From positions 64,001-128,000 of the forward strand of contig CAVSQB010000003.1 in assembly GCA_963729895.1 (NCBI GenBank): DNA of 64,000 nucleotides. Direction: 5' to 3'. The notes under the pieces were generated by a model. That model saw nothing but the letters and a program-made list of their open reading frames with translations, had not been told where the DNA came from and did not search any database. Positions 8,500-18,062 of this stretch are shown here, in pieces. A program made the position numbers and the translations under genes. How positions within the stretch are numbered: position 1 is the first letter of the stretch; the number at the start of each line of letters is the position of its first letter. The stretch comes from an uncultured Fibrobacterota bacterium. GTDB lineage: Bacteria > Fibrobacterota > Chitinivibrionia > Chitinivibrionales > FEN-1185.

Positions 8500-9831
8500 T
8501 CAGGTCGGGGCGCACGCGGACGCGTACCGGTCGAAATCGATCCAATCGGCCTTGATCGCGGACTTCGGCATCGCGCCTTTCTCGTACACGTCGCATGGCC
8601 CTTTGTCAAGAATCCCGTCCAGCACGCGCCACGACAGTTCGGTTTCCTCGCCGTTCACAAACAGCGTATGGTCGCCACGCACCGCGTCGAGCAGCAGCTT
8701 CTGATACGCTTCCGGGATTTCGCCGGCGAACGCATCGTTGTAACAGAACGTCATCTGCGTGTCGGTAAGGCGGACGTCGGTGCCCGGATTCTTGCTCGAC
8801 AGTTTGACGACGATGCCGGGAGCGGGCTGGATGTTGAACACGATGAGGTTGCTCGAAAGCGCGCCGGAGGCATTGTACAGGGTGCGTGGCAGCTCTCTGA
8901 ACCTGATGCCGATCTCGGTGCCCGTGCGGTGGAGCGCCTTTCCCGTGCGGATAAGCACCGGCATGCCGCGCCACCTCTCATTGTCGATGGCAAGCGACAA
9001 CTCGGCAAAAGTCTCGGTGGTCGAATCCGGCGCAACGCCTTTTTCCGAGAGATATCCGCGGTATTGGGCCCGGCGGCACTGCCGCACCGAGAGCGCACGC
9101 AACACGTCCATCTTGCGTCTGCGGATTTCTTCTGCGTCAAGTGTTGCCGGCGGCTCCATGGCGATAAGGCACAGCAGCTGCATCAGGTGGTTCTGCACCA
9201 TATCGCGGAGAATGCCGGCCTTGTCGAAATACTGCGACCGCTCCGACACCGTGTATTGCTCGCATGCGTTGATTTGTATCGATTCCACATGCCGGCTGTT
9301 CCAGACCGGATCGAACAGGGAATTGGCAAACCGGAACACGAGGATATTCTGGACAGCTTCCTTGGCAAGGTAGTGGTCGTTCCGGAAGATCTGGGATTCG
9401 CCGAAGAACCGGGTAAGCTCGCGGTTCAGCAGCGCCGCGGATTTGAAATCGGAACCGAACGGTTTTTCGATAATGATGGAGGCTTCCCTCCCGAACCCTT
9501 CGGCCACGAGTTCACCCGCGGTGCGGGCATAGGCATCGGGCGGCAGCGCGAAGAAAAAAATGAGGCGTGAAAACTCGCCCCGCGAGGCGAGGAATTTCCT
9601 GAGGCCAGCAATTCCCTGATGATACGTGAGCAGCCGGGCAAATTCGCCGGAAACGCCGAAGCGGTTCCGGAATTGTTCGTCGGTGAATGCAGTGCGACCT
9701 TCGCCGGTAATAAGAAAGCAGTCACCCAGCTCGCCGCGCTGGTGCAGCCGTTGCAGGGCGGGGACGAGCTTCTTTCTTGTCAAATCGCCCGATGCGCCGA
9801 GGATAACAATCGCATTGCACGCCATGGTCAT
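8500..9831 (-). CDS. zwf: Glucose-6-phosphate 1-dehydrogenase
   Basis: GASGDLT..K, EKPFG, DHYLAKE, RDMVQNH, RTGK. Confidence 0.93.
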   Translation of the reverse strand: MTMACNAIVILGASGDLTRKKLVPALQRLHQRGELGDCFLITGEGRTAFTDEQFRNRFGVSGEFARLLTYHQGIAGLRKFLASRGEFSRLIFFFALPPDAYARTAGELVAEGFGREASIIIEKPFGSDFKSAALLNRELTRFFGESQIFRNDHYLAKEAVQNILVFRFANSLFDPVWNSRHVESIQINACEQYTVSERSQYFDKAGILRDMVQNHLMQLLCLIAMEPPATLDAEEIRRRKMDVLRALSVRQCRRAQYRGYLSEKGVAPDSTTETFAELSLAIDNERWRGMPVLIRTGKALHRTGTEIGIRFRELPRTLYNASGALSSNLIVFNIQPAPGIVVKLSSKNPGTDVRLTDTQMTFCYNDAFAGEIPEAYQKLLLDAVRGDHTLFVNGEETELSWRVLDGILDKGPCDVYEKGAMPKSAIKADWIDFDRYASACAPT

Positions 9832-9995
9832 TGCTTCCGTCTATTTCGATGTGCACATCCCGGCACGCGGGCCCCGGTGCGCAGCCTGCATCCGCTGCAG
9901 CGCGAGTCGGAACACCACTGGCACAAAAGGCAATCCGCACACGGGTGTTTTTTCGCCGCAGCACTCTTTGTTAAGGACTTTCCGGTGCCTGCCAC
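9828..9995 (-). CDS. Small Cys-rich hypothetical protein
   Basis: KKHPCADCLLCQWCSDSRCSGC; fills the gap between rubredoxin and zwf; stop overlaps the zwf start (ATGA). Confidence 0.55.
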   Translation of the reverse strand: MAGTGKSLTKSAAAKKHPCADCLLCQWCSDSRCSGCRLRTGARVPGCAHRNRRKQ

Positions 9996-10002
9996 GCCAC
10001 GC

Positions 10003-10161
10003 CTATTCTGCGGTAAAGTCGTCTTTGCCGACTCCGCATTGAGGGCAGGCCCAATCGGAGGGGATGTCCTCGAACGCCGTACCGGGAGCAATCCCGCCGT
10101 CCGGGTCGCCTGCAGCAGGATCGTAAATCCACCCGCACGCGTTACAAACATAGCGTTTCAT
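10003..10161 (-). CDS. Rubredoxin (52 aa, absent from the ORF track)
   Basis: Manual translation [61 protein letters not shown]. Confidence 0.95.
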   Translation of the reverse strand: MKRYVCNACGWIYDPAAGDPDGGIAPGTAFEDIPSDWACPQCGVGKDDFTAE

Positions 10162-10202
10162 ACATTCCTCCTGGCAAAGCCCAATTTGTATGATTTCGTT
10201 TC

Positions 10203-10253
10203 TAACTCACCCCATCGCCCCCTGCCCGAAGGGCGGGGAGTTAGGGTGAGTTA
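10203..10253. repeat. REP-like nested hairpin at the rubrerythrin 3' end
   Basis: TAACTCACCC...GGGTGAGTTA encloses CCCCTGCCC-GAA-GGGCGGGG. Confidence 0.5.
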
Positions 10254-10826
10254 CCAGTTTTCCGCCAGCACTTCAAAATACGCCTGAGGATGGTTGCACG
10301 CGGGGCAATTTTTTGGCGCCTCGGTTGCTTCGTGAACAAACCCGCAGTTGCTGCACCGCCAGTACACCTTGCCGTTCTTTTTGAACACGGTGCCCTGCTC
10401 CACGTTGGCCAAGAGAGCGCGGTATCGCTTTTCGTGCTGGGCCTCGGCAACGCCTATCATCTTGTACATCGTTGCCACCTCGGAAAACCCTTCGTCAACC
10501 GCGGCCTTTGCAAAGGAAGGATAGAGAAGCGTGTGTTCCTCCAACTCGCCTGCAGCGCTTGCGGCAAGATTCTCGGCGGTCGTGCCGATCTTCCCCGCAG
10601 GGTACGATGCGGTAATATCGGCCGAACCGCCTTCGAGGAACTTGAACATGCGCTTGGCGTGTTCTTTCTCGTTTTCCGCGGTTTCTTCGAAGACGTTGGC
10701 GATCTGGACAAACCCTTCCTTTTTTGCAACGCTTGCGAAATAGGTATAGCGGTTGCGCGCCTGGGATTCTCCCGCAAACGACGCGCACAGGTTCTTTTCG
10801 GTCTTTGTTCCTTTAAGGGGCTTCAT
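10251..10826 (-). CDS. rbr: Rubrerythrin
   Basis: FAGESQARNRY, ENEKEHA, C-terminal WRCSNCG..CPACNHP. Confidence 0.95.
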   Translation of the reverse strand: MKPLKGTKTEKNLCASFAGESQARNRYTYFASVAKKEGFVQIANVFEETAENEKEHAKRMFKFLEGGSADITASYPAGKIGTTAENLAASAAGELEEHTLLYPSFAKAAVDEGFSEVATMYKMIGVAEAQHEKRYRALLANVEQGTVFKKNGKVYWRCSNCGFVHEATEAPKNCPACNHPQAYFEVLAENW

Positions 10827-10921
10827 CGGCGTACCCTTTCTTGTAGAGGTGTCAATGATTTTCCCACGCAGGTCACAAAAATACCTTGGCCCTTGGACGG
10901 TGATCAAGGAAATAAGGGGAA

Positions 10922-11143
10922 TCAGCGCGCAGTCGATGCAACAAACCGAGCCGCCACCTGTTCCGCCGCCAGAACCTCCTCCACCGCGGTCCTGTCGCCC
11001 TCGTCAATCTGAAGCGCAATACCGCATTCGGCGGTGATTTCCCGGGGAACGGGGATGGCCTGGCACGAAATCCCGCTGCGCCTGCAGGCACGCTCCGCGG
11101 CGATGGCCGCACGCGTGGATTCGAAAAGGACGATAAGGTTCAT
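10922..11143 (-). CDS. DUF3343-family protein
   Basis: FEST..AI.AE...IPVPREITAECG; directly after yedF, a usual pairing. Confidence 0.8.
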   Translation of the reverse strand: MNLIVLFESTRAAIAAERACRRSGISCQAIPVPREITAECGIALQIDEGDRTAVEEVLAAEQVAARFVASTAR

Positions 11144-11149
11144 GGGACG

Positions 11150-11755
11150 TTACGGCTGCACCACGCTGCCGGCGTTGCTGAGCGTTTCGAGGATCGTGTA
11201 CATGTTCGACACGGCGCCCACCCGGAGCTTGTCCTTGACATTAAAGTAGTCCAGGCAGGTGCCGCAGGCCAGAATGGCGATTCCCATGCTTTGGAGCTCC
11301 GCAAGCGGCTCAATCAGCGCGGAACCTTCCACCGCAAGGTGCACGCCTGCGTTGTAGAAAACCAGGTGGCTCGGCAGCGGCGTTACATCCTTGATGGTAT
11401 TCACAAATGCCTTCAGGAGTACGGCCCCGAGCTCGGGGGGTCCGCTTCCCATGGTGTCGCTTGAAAAAACGATCACGTGCGGTTTGCGGGGAACGTCGGG
11501 GCCGCAATAGGCTTTCTCGTCGCCCGCAATAGCCTCCTTGTGAAGTTTTGTCATGGTGAGGGTGAATACGGCGCCTTCCTGCGAAAGCGAAACCGCCACA
11601 CCGTTGTCCTTGCAGAACCGCTCAACGTTCTGCCGCGACGTATCGTTGTCCACGAGCAGCGTCATCCGCCCGCCGGGCGGAAGCTCATTGAGGGCTTTCT
11701 TTGTCAGAATGAGCGGCTTGGGGCACACCATGCCGCGTGCGTCAACAGTATTCAT
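11150..11755 (-). CDS. yedF: Sulfurtransferase-like selenium metabolism protein YedF (TusA + DsrE domains)
   Basis: VDARGMVCPKPLI (TusA); MGSGPPELG..L, FYNAGV, ACGTCL, SNMY. Confidence 0.87.
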   Translation of the reverse strand: MNTVDARGMVCPKPLILTKKALNELPPGGRMTLLVDNDTSRQNVERFCKDNGVAVSLSQEGAVFTLTMTKLHKEAIAGDEKAYCGPDVPRKPHVIVFSSDTMGSGPPELGAVLLKAFVNTIKDVTPLPSHLVFYNAGVHLAVEGSALIEPLAELQSMGIAILACGTCLDYFNVKDKLRVGAVSNMYTILETLSNAGSVVQP

Positions 11756-12824
11756 GCGATGCGTCCTCCTTCGCGTTGTGCGCGAAATACGTTTTCACAA
11801 GATCCGCCCGCGCCTCCCCGCATTCGTCGCGGGTGAGGGACTTTCGGCACCACGCCTGCAGGTGCGCGGGCAGCACAAACAGGGTGAGACGGTTAAGGCC
11901 GTCTATGGTGCATCTGTCAAACAGGTTGCACTCGATCCCGGTTCGCAGTGCGCTCGAAAGGTTGAGAAACTCGTCCACGGCTAGGAACGCCGCCTCCCGC
12001 AGACTTCCCCACGAACCAAGAATTGCCTCGGAAAGCTCCCTTCGCCCCTCCGCAAGCAGGCGCTCACGCGCCTTGCGCTCGAATTCAACCACGTCTTTCA
12101 GCACGCCTGCGACATTGTCAACGAATTCCGCCTCGCCCGCCCCCATGGCAGCACATTTCGACAGCTGGAACAGGTCGCCCGCCTCCGGCAGATTGCCGCC
12201 GAAGAATCCCCGCGTAGAAACACCCGAGCCGCTCGCTCTCTGGAGTACGCCCTCGATGCTGCGCGTGAGCACAAGGCCGGGCAGATGCATAAGGGCCGAA
12301 ACACGCAAACCGCTTCCGGCATCGGCGGGGCGGCAGGTGAGAAATCTTTTGCGGTTATCAAATGCAAAGTCGAGGCGCGTGCCCACCGTGTCGTCGATCG
12401 CGTCGAGCACGGCCCACAGTTCCCGGGGCCGGAGCCCGGCATCGAGCCCTTGCAGCCTCAGGTGGTCTTCCTCGTTCACCATGACGCTCACACGCCGGCT
12501 TTCGTCGTGGATAATGCCCTGGCCGCCATCGCCCGATACGAGCTCCGCGGTGGCGAGCCGTTCCTCAACGAACAGTTCTTGCTGCCTCTTGTCAATCTGC
12601 CCGAACGACACAGCGTTGTACGAACCGCACTCGGCGGTTGCACCAAAAGCGTCAGCCACTTCCTCAAACACCTGCGTCCGCTCGAACAGCGAGGCGCGCG
12701 GGGGAAACCGGTGGTGCGCAAGGTTGCGCGCAAGTCGGACGCGCGTGGAAATCACCACGTCGTTATCCGACCCACCGCACGAAAGCCATGCGGGCATTTT
12801 GTGCGTAAAAACCGATTGCATCAT
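11742..12824 (-). CDS. mcsB: McsB-like protein-arginine kinase, degenerate active site
   Basis: VISTRVRLARN, VNEEDHLR, GLRVS.LMHLPGL; follows mcsA. Confidence 0.78.
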   Translation of the reverse strand: MMQSVFTHKMPAWLSCGGSDNDVVISTRVRLARNLAHHRFPPRASLFERTQVFEEVADAFGATAECGSYNAVSFGQIDKRQQELFVEERLATAELVSGDGGQGIIHDESRRVSVMVNEEDHLRLQGLDAGLRPRELWAVLDAIDDTVGTRLDFAFDNRKRFLTCRPADAGSGLRVSALMHLPGLVLTRSIEGVLQRASGSGVSTRGFFGGNLPEAGDLFQLSKCAAMGAGEAEFVDNVAGVLKDVVEFERKARERLLAEGRRELSEAILGSWGSLREAAFLAVDEFLNLSSALRTGIECNLFDRCTIDGLNRLTLFVLPAHLQAWCRKSLTRDECGEARADLVKTYFAHNAKEDASHEYC

Positions 12825-13342
12825 AAAGGAGCGGCGGGCGGCGACTCTCCCGCATCACGCAGGGCGTCGCGCAAGAGTGCCGCGAGCTCGAACTCCTCCC
12901 TGGATATCGCGGCGGACAATTCACGGCGCATTCGTTGCAGCTCTGCGCCGGCCAGGAGGTCTGCGCTGCGCTTCGAATAGCGTTTCCCCTTGTGCGCTGT
13001 TGCGCCGTGCGCCTGCACGAGAATCGCCTCAATTTCATTCTCGAATTCCTCATAACAGCGCGCGCACCCGAGCCGCCCGGTGGACTTGAACTCCGAGAAT
13101 TTCAGATGGCAATGGCCGCACTCGCGCGCGTCTTCCGACGCCTCAGCCTGCCCCGCGGCCTCGGACCGCGAAAGGGTTCCCAGATGAATTTCCTGGAGTA
13201 ACCCGTCCTCACGAACCTCGACCATGATGCCTTTTTCGCGCGCGCACGTTTCGCACAGGTGGGAGACCGTTGTATGGTTGCCGGAAATCTGGGTGACGTG
13301 GACGGTGGCAGGAAAGGCATGGCAATGTTCACACGGGGTCAT
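12821..13342 (-). CDS. mcsA: McsA (Zn-finger + UVR domain)
   Basis: CEHC, LCETCA, CGHC..GRLGCARCY, HG...HKGK, EEFELAALLRD. Confidence 0.88.
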   Translation of the reverse strand: MTPCEHCHAFPATVHVTQISGNHTTVSHLCETCAREKGIMVEVREDGLLQEIHLGTLSRSEAAGQAEASEDARECGHCHLKFSEFKSTGRLGCARCYEEFENEIEAILVQAHGATAHKGKRYSKRSADLLAGAELQRMRRELSAAISREEFELAALLRDALRDAGESPPAAPL

Positions 13343-13463
13343 GATAACATTTCCTTTGTTGACTGATCTTTGGACTTCAAAGTTGATGTTTACAACACTG
13401 ATAATCGGTCCGTGCTTCGGGCAAAAAATGAGAAAAATCGAACATTTTTCTCTTCCGCGCCAA

Positions 13464-13597
13464 GCCGGACTGCAACGGTGCGCAAAAGCGCAGTGCCGGT
13501 CGACCCGGCCTATAGGCATTGGGGCGATCCGGCACCGAGGCCGAAAGGCCGAGCTCGTAAGGAGGGCCCCCGCTGCGCAGCAGCGGGGCGCCCAATT
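13464..13597. repeat. Structured intergenic repeat, copy B
   Basis: GGCACCGAGGCCGAAAGGCCGAGC...CCCCGC-TGCGCAGCA-GCGGGG-CGCCCAA, colinear with copy A. Confidence 0.7.
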
Positions 13598-13629
13598 TCT
13601 TCTGTTTTGACAAACGTATCGTTTATCAC

Positions 13630-14304
13630 CTATTTACTCACTATCTTCCCGTCTTCAATGTAAATCGTCCGGTGCATCCCCTCCGTCAGTTCCGGATTGT
13701 GCGTTGCGACGAGAAACGTCTGCTTCATTTCTCTATTCGCCCTCCGAAACAACTCGAGCAGGAGCCGTGCGTTCTGTTTGTCAAGATTGCCCGTTGGTTC
13801 GTCCGCCAGAATGAGGGCCGGTTCGTTGAACAGCGACCGGGCGAGCGCCACGCGCTGTCGCTCTCCGCCGGACAGCTCCGAAGGATAATGGCTCCCTTGG
13901 CGCGAAAGTCCCAATACGTCGAGCAGCTCCCGGCCGCGGTCCGCGCACCGGCGGGCGGTCTTGCCCGCGATAATGCCCGGGATCATTATGTTTTCGAGGG
14001 CCGTAAAATCCGGCAGCAGGTGATGGAACTGGAACACGAACCCCAGCGAAAGGTTGCGGAACGCGGCAAGCTCGCCGGCCGACATGGCCCCGAGCAGCGT
14101 TCCGTTGATGCGCACGTCGCCGGACGTGGGCCGGTCCAGGCCGCCCAGGATCTGCAGAAGCGTAGTCTTGCCCGCTCCCGACACGCCCACCAGCGACACC
14201 ATTTCGCCTTTGTCTATAACAAACGAAGCGTCTTTGATCACATCAAACGCGCCGGCTTCGTCCACGAACGTCCTTGTCAAACCGGCTACTGCGACCATGT
14301 TCAT
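13630..14304 (-). CDS. lolD: Lipoprotein-releasing ABC transporter ATPase
   Basis: GVSGAGKTT, FVFQFHHLL, LSGGERQR, ADEPTGNLD; downstream of lolC/E. Confidence 0.88.
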   Translation of the reverse strand: MNMVAVAGLTRTFVDEAGAFDVIKDASFVIDKGEMVSLVGVSGAGKTTLLQILGGLDRPTSGDVRINGTLLGAMSAGELAAFRNLSLGFVFQFHHLLPDFTALENIMIPGIIAGKTARRCADRGRELLDVLGLSRQGSHYPSELSGGERQRVALARSLFNEPALILADEPTGNLDKQNARLLLELFRRANREMKQTFLVATHNPELTEGMHRTIYIEDGKIVSK

Positions 14305-14313
14305 GCGCGTCCC

Positions 14314-15561
14314 CTACTCTATCCGGATGCTTTCCGCGGGCAGCACGCGCGAGGCGCTCCACGCCGGATACAGGGTGGCGAGGAAACAGATGATGTTTGC
14401 CGTAATGTAAATGCCGACAACGTCGATCCAGCGGGTAAACACGGGAAGCGTGTCGATGAAATAAATGTCGCCCGGCAGCGGGATAAACCGGTAGTGGAAC
14501 TGGAGGAAGCACAGCCCTACCCCGAACGCCACGCCGAGCGTGGAGCCGAGCATGCCGATCACCACGCCGTTAAACATGAAGATCCGCATGATGGAACCGC
14601 TCGTTGCGCCCATGCCCATGAGGATGCCGATCTCGCGGCGCTTTTCGATTATCATCATGACAAGCGACGACACGATATTGAACCCGGCGACGAGGATGAT
14701 GAGCGATATCACGATGAAGATGACGTACCGCTCCAGGCGCATCCATTCGAACAGCGACTTGTTCTGCGATTTCCAGTCGATGGATCGGTACGGGTACCCG
14801 CCGAGCGTATCCTTGACGGCACGCGCGATCGCGTCGGCCTTGAACAGGTCGGTGGTTCGTATTGCAATGCCTTCCACGCCTTTCATTGAGAACAGGCTTT
14901 CGCACGAGCGGATGGAAACATACACAAGATTGAGGTCATATTCGTACATGCCCGTCTCGAAAATGCCGCGCACCACGAACCGAGCCATCGGGATCGAGGT
15001 GATCTCGCCGCTCGCGGCTTCGTCGGTGAGCCCGCCCACCACCACTTCCGCGCCGGGCCGAACGCCCATCTTGTCGGCCATGCCCATGCCGATCACGATG
15101 CCGGGCAGCTTTCTGTTCCTGGTTGACACACCAGAATCGAGCGCGAAGGTCCCGAACATCATCTTGCGGCCCACTTCGGTGACCGTCGTTTCGGTGGCGG
15201 CTTCCGCGCCCATGATCATCACGCCTTCCTTGACGGATTCGTATTCTATGCCGCCCTTTTCCATGATGTAGGGGGTGGCCGCAACCACGTCCCGGCACTT
15301 GAGGATTCGCAGGCGCAGCGAATCGTAATTCACCACGGGCCTGCTGTAGTACTGGAGGATCTTGGCGTGTGCGGTGATGCCCACGATCCGGTCGCGCACT
15401 TCTTTTTCGAACCCGTTGGCAACGGAGAGCGCCACCACGAGCACCAGAGACCCGAGAAAAACGCCGGCCGCGGATGTCCACGTGATGAATGAGATGAACC
15501 CCATCCTGCGCTTGCCGCGCAGGTATCGCATGGCGATAAAGAGTTCCATGGAACGGGCCAT
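14314..15561 (-). CDS. lolE: Lipoprotein-releasing ABC transporter permease LolC/E
   Basis: FIAMRYLR..FISFI, NGFEKE, GIFETGMYEYD, EKRREIGIL, TLYPA. Confidence 0.85.
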   Translation of the reverse strand: MARSMELFIAMRYLRGKRRMGFISFITWTSAAGVFLGSLVLVVALSVANGFEKEVRDRIVGITAHAKILQYYSRPVVNYDSLRLRILKCRDVVAATPYIMEKGGIEYESVKEGVMIMGAEAATETTVTEVGRKMMFGTFALDSGVSTRNRKLPGIVIGMGMADKMGVRPGAEVVVGGLTDEAASGEITSIPMARFVVRGIFETGMYEYDLNLVYVSIRSCESLFSMKGVEGIAIRTTDLFKADAIARAVKDTLGGYPYRSIDWKSQNKSLFEWMRLERYVIFIVISLIILVAGFNIVSSLVMMIIEKRREIGILMGMGATSGSIMRIFMFNGVVIGMLGSTLGVAFGVGLCFLQFHYRFIPLPGDIYFIDTLPVFTRWIDVVGIYITANIICFLATLYPAWSASRVLPAESIRIE

Positions 15562-17075
15562 TAGTATTCCGGCCTCATGAGCGGAAACAGAACCACGTCA
15601 CGCAGGTTTGAAGCATTTGTTAAAAGCGCCGCCACCCGGTCGATTCCCATGCCCCAGCCCGAAATGGGCGGCATGCCGTATTCCATGCACAGCAGGAAAT
15701 CGTTGTCCACTTCCATGGCTTCCATGTCGCCGTGGGCGCGGGCCTGTGCCTGCTCTTCGAACCGCTGCGCCTGGTCGAGGGGATCAACAAGCTCCGAATA
15801 GGCGTTGACAATTTCCCACCCGTTCACCACGAGCTGGAACCGGTCGACGATGAGCGGATTCTTATCGTTCTTCCTCGCCAGCGGCGACAGATCGAGCGGA
15901 TGGTGGATCACGAAGACGGGATTGACAAGCGCTGGACGCGACACCTTCTTGTACAGCAAATCCACCAGGTTCCCGCGGCCTGCATGCGCGACATCCACAT
16001 CGTCCTCAAACGTGATGCCCTTCGCCTTGATATGCGCAAGCAATTCCTCTTTTGTGGCGCACAGGTTGATGTCGATGCCGCAGTCCTTGAGGATAAGGTC
16101 GCGGAAGGAAATCCGGGGCCACGCGCCGTCAAAGGAAATCTGCGTGCCCTCGTAAGTGAGCGTGAGGCCGCCGTTCACCTGTGCAAGAAGGTGTTTGAGC
16201 AGCTTCTCCGTGAAATTCATGTTGTCTTCGTAGTTCCAATAGGCACAGTAGTATTCGAGCAGCGTGAAATCCGGAAGGTGCGATGCGTCGAGCCCTTCGT
16301 TGCGGAAGCAGCGAGCGAATTCGTACACGCGCTCGAAGCCGCCCGCGATCGCCCGCTTGAGGTAGGTTTCCGGCGCAATGCGCAGAAACACATCGATATC
16401 GAGCGCGTTGTGGTGCGTGATGAACGGCCTGGCGAGCGCACCGCACGCCTTGTTGGCGAGCACGGGCGTATCGATCTCCATAAATTGATGTGCGTCGAGA
16501 AACTCGCGGATGGTCCGGATTATCTGCGTTCGCTTCCTGAACCGGTCCATGTGCTCGGGTGAGGTGATAAGGTCCAGGTAGCGCCTGCGGTACACCAGCT
16601 CCTGGTCGGTGAGGCCGTGGAATTTTTCCGGAAGGGGCCGCAGCGATTTGGACAGGAACGTCCACTGGCTCACATCGATGGTCTTCTCGCCGGTCCTGGT
16701 GGTGATGATTTCTCCCTCGATCCCCACGAAATCGCCCATGTCAACGGTCTTCATGAACAGCTCGAACTGCTGCTGCAGTTTGTTCTTCTGCAGCGCGAAC
16801 TGCATGCTGCCGGAACAGTCGAGCATGTGGCAGAACGTGAGCTTGCCGAAGCCGCGGATCGCGGTGACGCGGCCCGCGGCCCGCACCGGCTTCGTGCCGT
16901 CGGCCAGAGCCCTGGCATCCGCGAGCAGGTGCGTTTTTTCAAAACGCTCCGCGTACGGCAGAACTCCGGCATCGCGAAGCAATTTCAATTTCTCTATTCG
17001 TACCGCTCTCTGGTCGCTTGGCGCTCCGGCAAGTTCCACGGAATACTGCTCCTTGCGGTGGGTGGATTGTTCCAA
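15561..17075 (-). CDS. lysS: Lysine--tRNA ligase, class II
   Basis: LPEKFHGL, YRRRYLDL, LRIAPE, FRNEG, EYGMPP..GWGMGIDR. Confidence 0.96.
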   Translation of the reverse strand: MEQSTHRKEQYSVELAGAPSDQRAVRIEKLKLLRDAGVLPYAERFEKTHLLADARALADGTKPVRAAGRVTAIRGFGKLTFCHMLDCSGSMQFALQKNKLQQQFELFMKTVDMGDFVGIEGEIITTRTGEKTIDVSQWTFLSKSLRPLPEKFHGLTDQELVYRRRYLDLITSPEHMDRFRKRTQIIRTIREFLDAHQFMEIDTPVLANKACGALARPFITHHNALDIDVFLRIAPETYLKRAIAGGFERVYEFARCFRNEGLDASHLPDFTLLEYYCAYWNYEDNMNFTEKLLKHLLAQVNGGLTLTYEGTQISFDGAWPRISFRDLILKDCGIDINLCATKEELLAHIKAKGITFEDDVDVAHAGRGNLVDLLYKKVSRPALVNPVFVIHHPLDLSPLARKNDKNPLIVDRFQLVVNGWEIVNAYSELVDPLDQAQRFEEQAQARAHGDMEAMEVDNDFLLCMEYGMPPISGWGMGIDRVAALLTNASNLRDVVLFPLMRPEY

Positions 17076-17166
17076 GGAAATCTGAATGCAAAGACCATCA
17101 AAAATACTTGATTCGGAGCTGCAAACCGTGAGGAATGTTTGGAGGGAGGGAAAGATGGATGTAGGC

Positions 17167-17643
17167 CTAAAGTTTCTCCGGACCGGGCTGCGCCCTTGCC
17201 GCGAACGCGCCGGAAAACTGCCGTATGGCCTGCAGGTATTCTTCTTCCGGGTGTGCGCCCGTAAAAGACGCCACCACTCTTCTGTTCTTCACAAACGCCA
17301 CATACGGAATCCCGCTGATCCGGAATGCCTGACCGGCCTCCGGTACCTGGTCGACGTTGATCCGATAGAAAGTGACCCGGCCTTTATTTTGCGAGGCAAT
17401 TTTGTCGAGCGTAGGCGCGAGCGCCCGGCACGGACCGCACCAATCCGCCCACAAGTCGAACGCGACGAGAGAATCGCGCGAACTGTCCATAACGGTTGCG
17501 ACTTCCGCGGCAGTCAACAATGAAATCATTGGGGACGCTTTGTCGCCCCCGGATCTGTTGCACGAGGTGAGCCAGAGAATAAGGACGAAAAAACATGCCG
17601 GCATACCTGCACAATATTTCATGATTACGGTTTTGCGGATCAT
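17167..17643 (-). CDS. Thioredoxin-domain lipoprotein
   Basis: WADWCGPC; N-terminal lipobox LTSC; start uncertain. Confidence 0.8.
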   Translation of the reverse strand: MIRKTVIMKYCAGMPACFFVLILWLTSCNRSGGDKASPMISLLTAAEVATVMDSSRDSLVAFDLWADWCGPCRALAPTLDKIASQNKGRVTFYRINVDQVPEAGQAFRISGIPYVAFVKNRRVVASFTGAHPEEEYLQAIRQFSGAFAARAQPGPEKL

Positions 17644-17747
17644 GCACTGAATATAATGCCCGAGTCCGAGCCCGACGTAACAAAAACCCCTTGGTACGCG
17701 ACTACCCCTCTCTCGCCCGGCGTCCGAGCCCCAGACCCGCTGACGAT

Positions 17748-18062
17748 TCACGAAAGCGACAGCGCCCCGACATACACATTTTCCGGCTGGATGCCCACGT
17801 ACTCCCTGGTGATTCTCCCGTTTATGAACACGATAACCGTTGGGATGGCCGTAACCCCGTACCGGCTTGGGATTTGGATATTTTCATCCACGTTCATCTT
17901 GTACACCGCCGCCTTTTCTCCCACCTGTTGGGCGACCTTTTCAAGGACAGGCTCCACGGCCCTGCACGGCCCGCACCACGGCGCCCAGAAATCGACCAGC
18001 ACGGGTACCGTCGATTTGAGAACGTCGGTTTCAAAATTTTTATCGGATGTTTCCTTTGACAT
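17748..18062 (-). CDS. trxA: Thioredoxin
   Basis: VDFWAPWCGPC, IPT. Confidence 0.93.
   Translation of the reverse strand: MSKETSDKNFETDVLKSTVPVLVDFWAPWCGPCRAVEPVLEKVAQQVGEKAAVYKMNVDENIQIPSRYGVTAIPTVIVFINGRITREYVGIQPENVYVGALSLS

Noticed and set aside
13358..13378. CtsR box upstream of mcsA (AGTCCAAAGATCAGTCAAC on the minus strand)
   Set aside because: Spacing and the first heptad do not fit RGTCAAA-N3-RGTCAAA, and there is no ctsR in the window.
13531..13555. Hammerhead ribozyme suggested by GGCCGAAAGGCC
   Set aside because: The CUGAUGA and GAAA core nucleotides are absent (CACCGA..GAGC).
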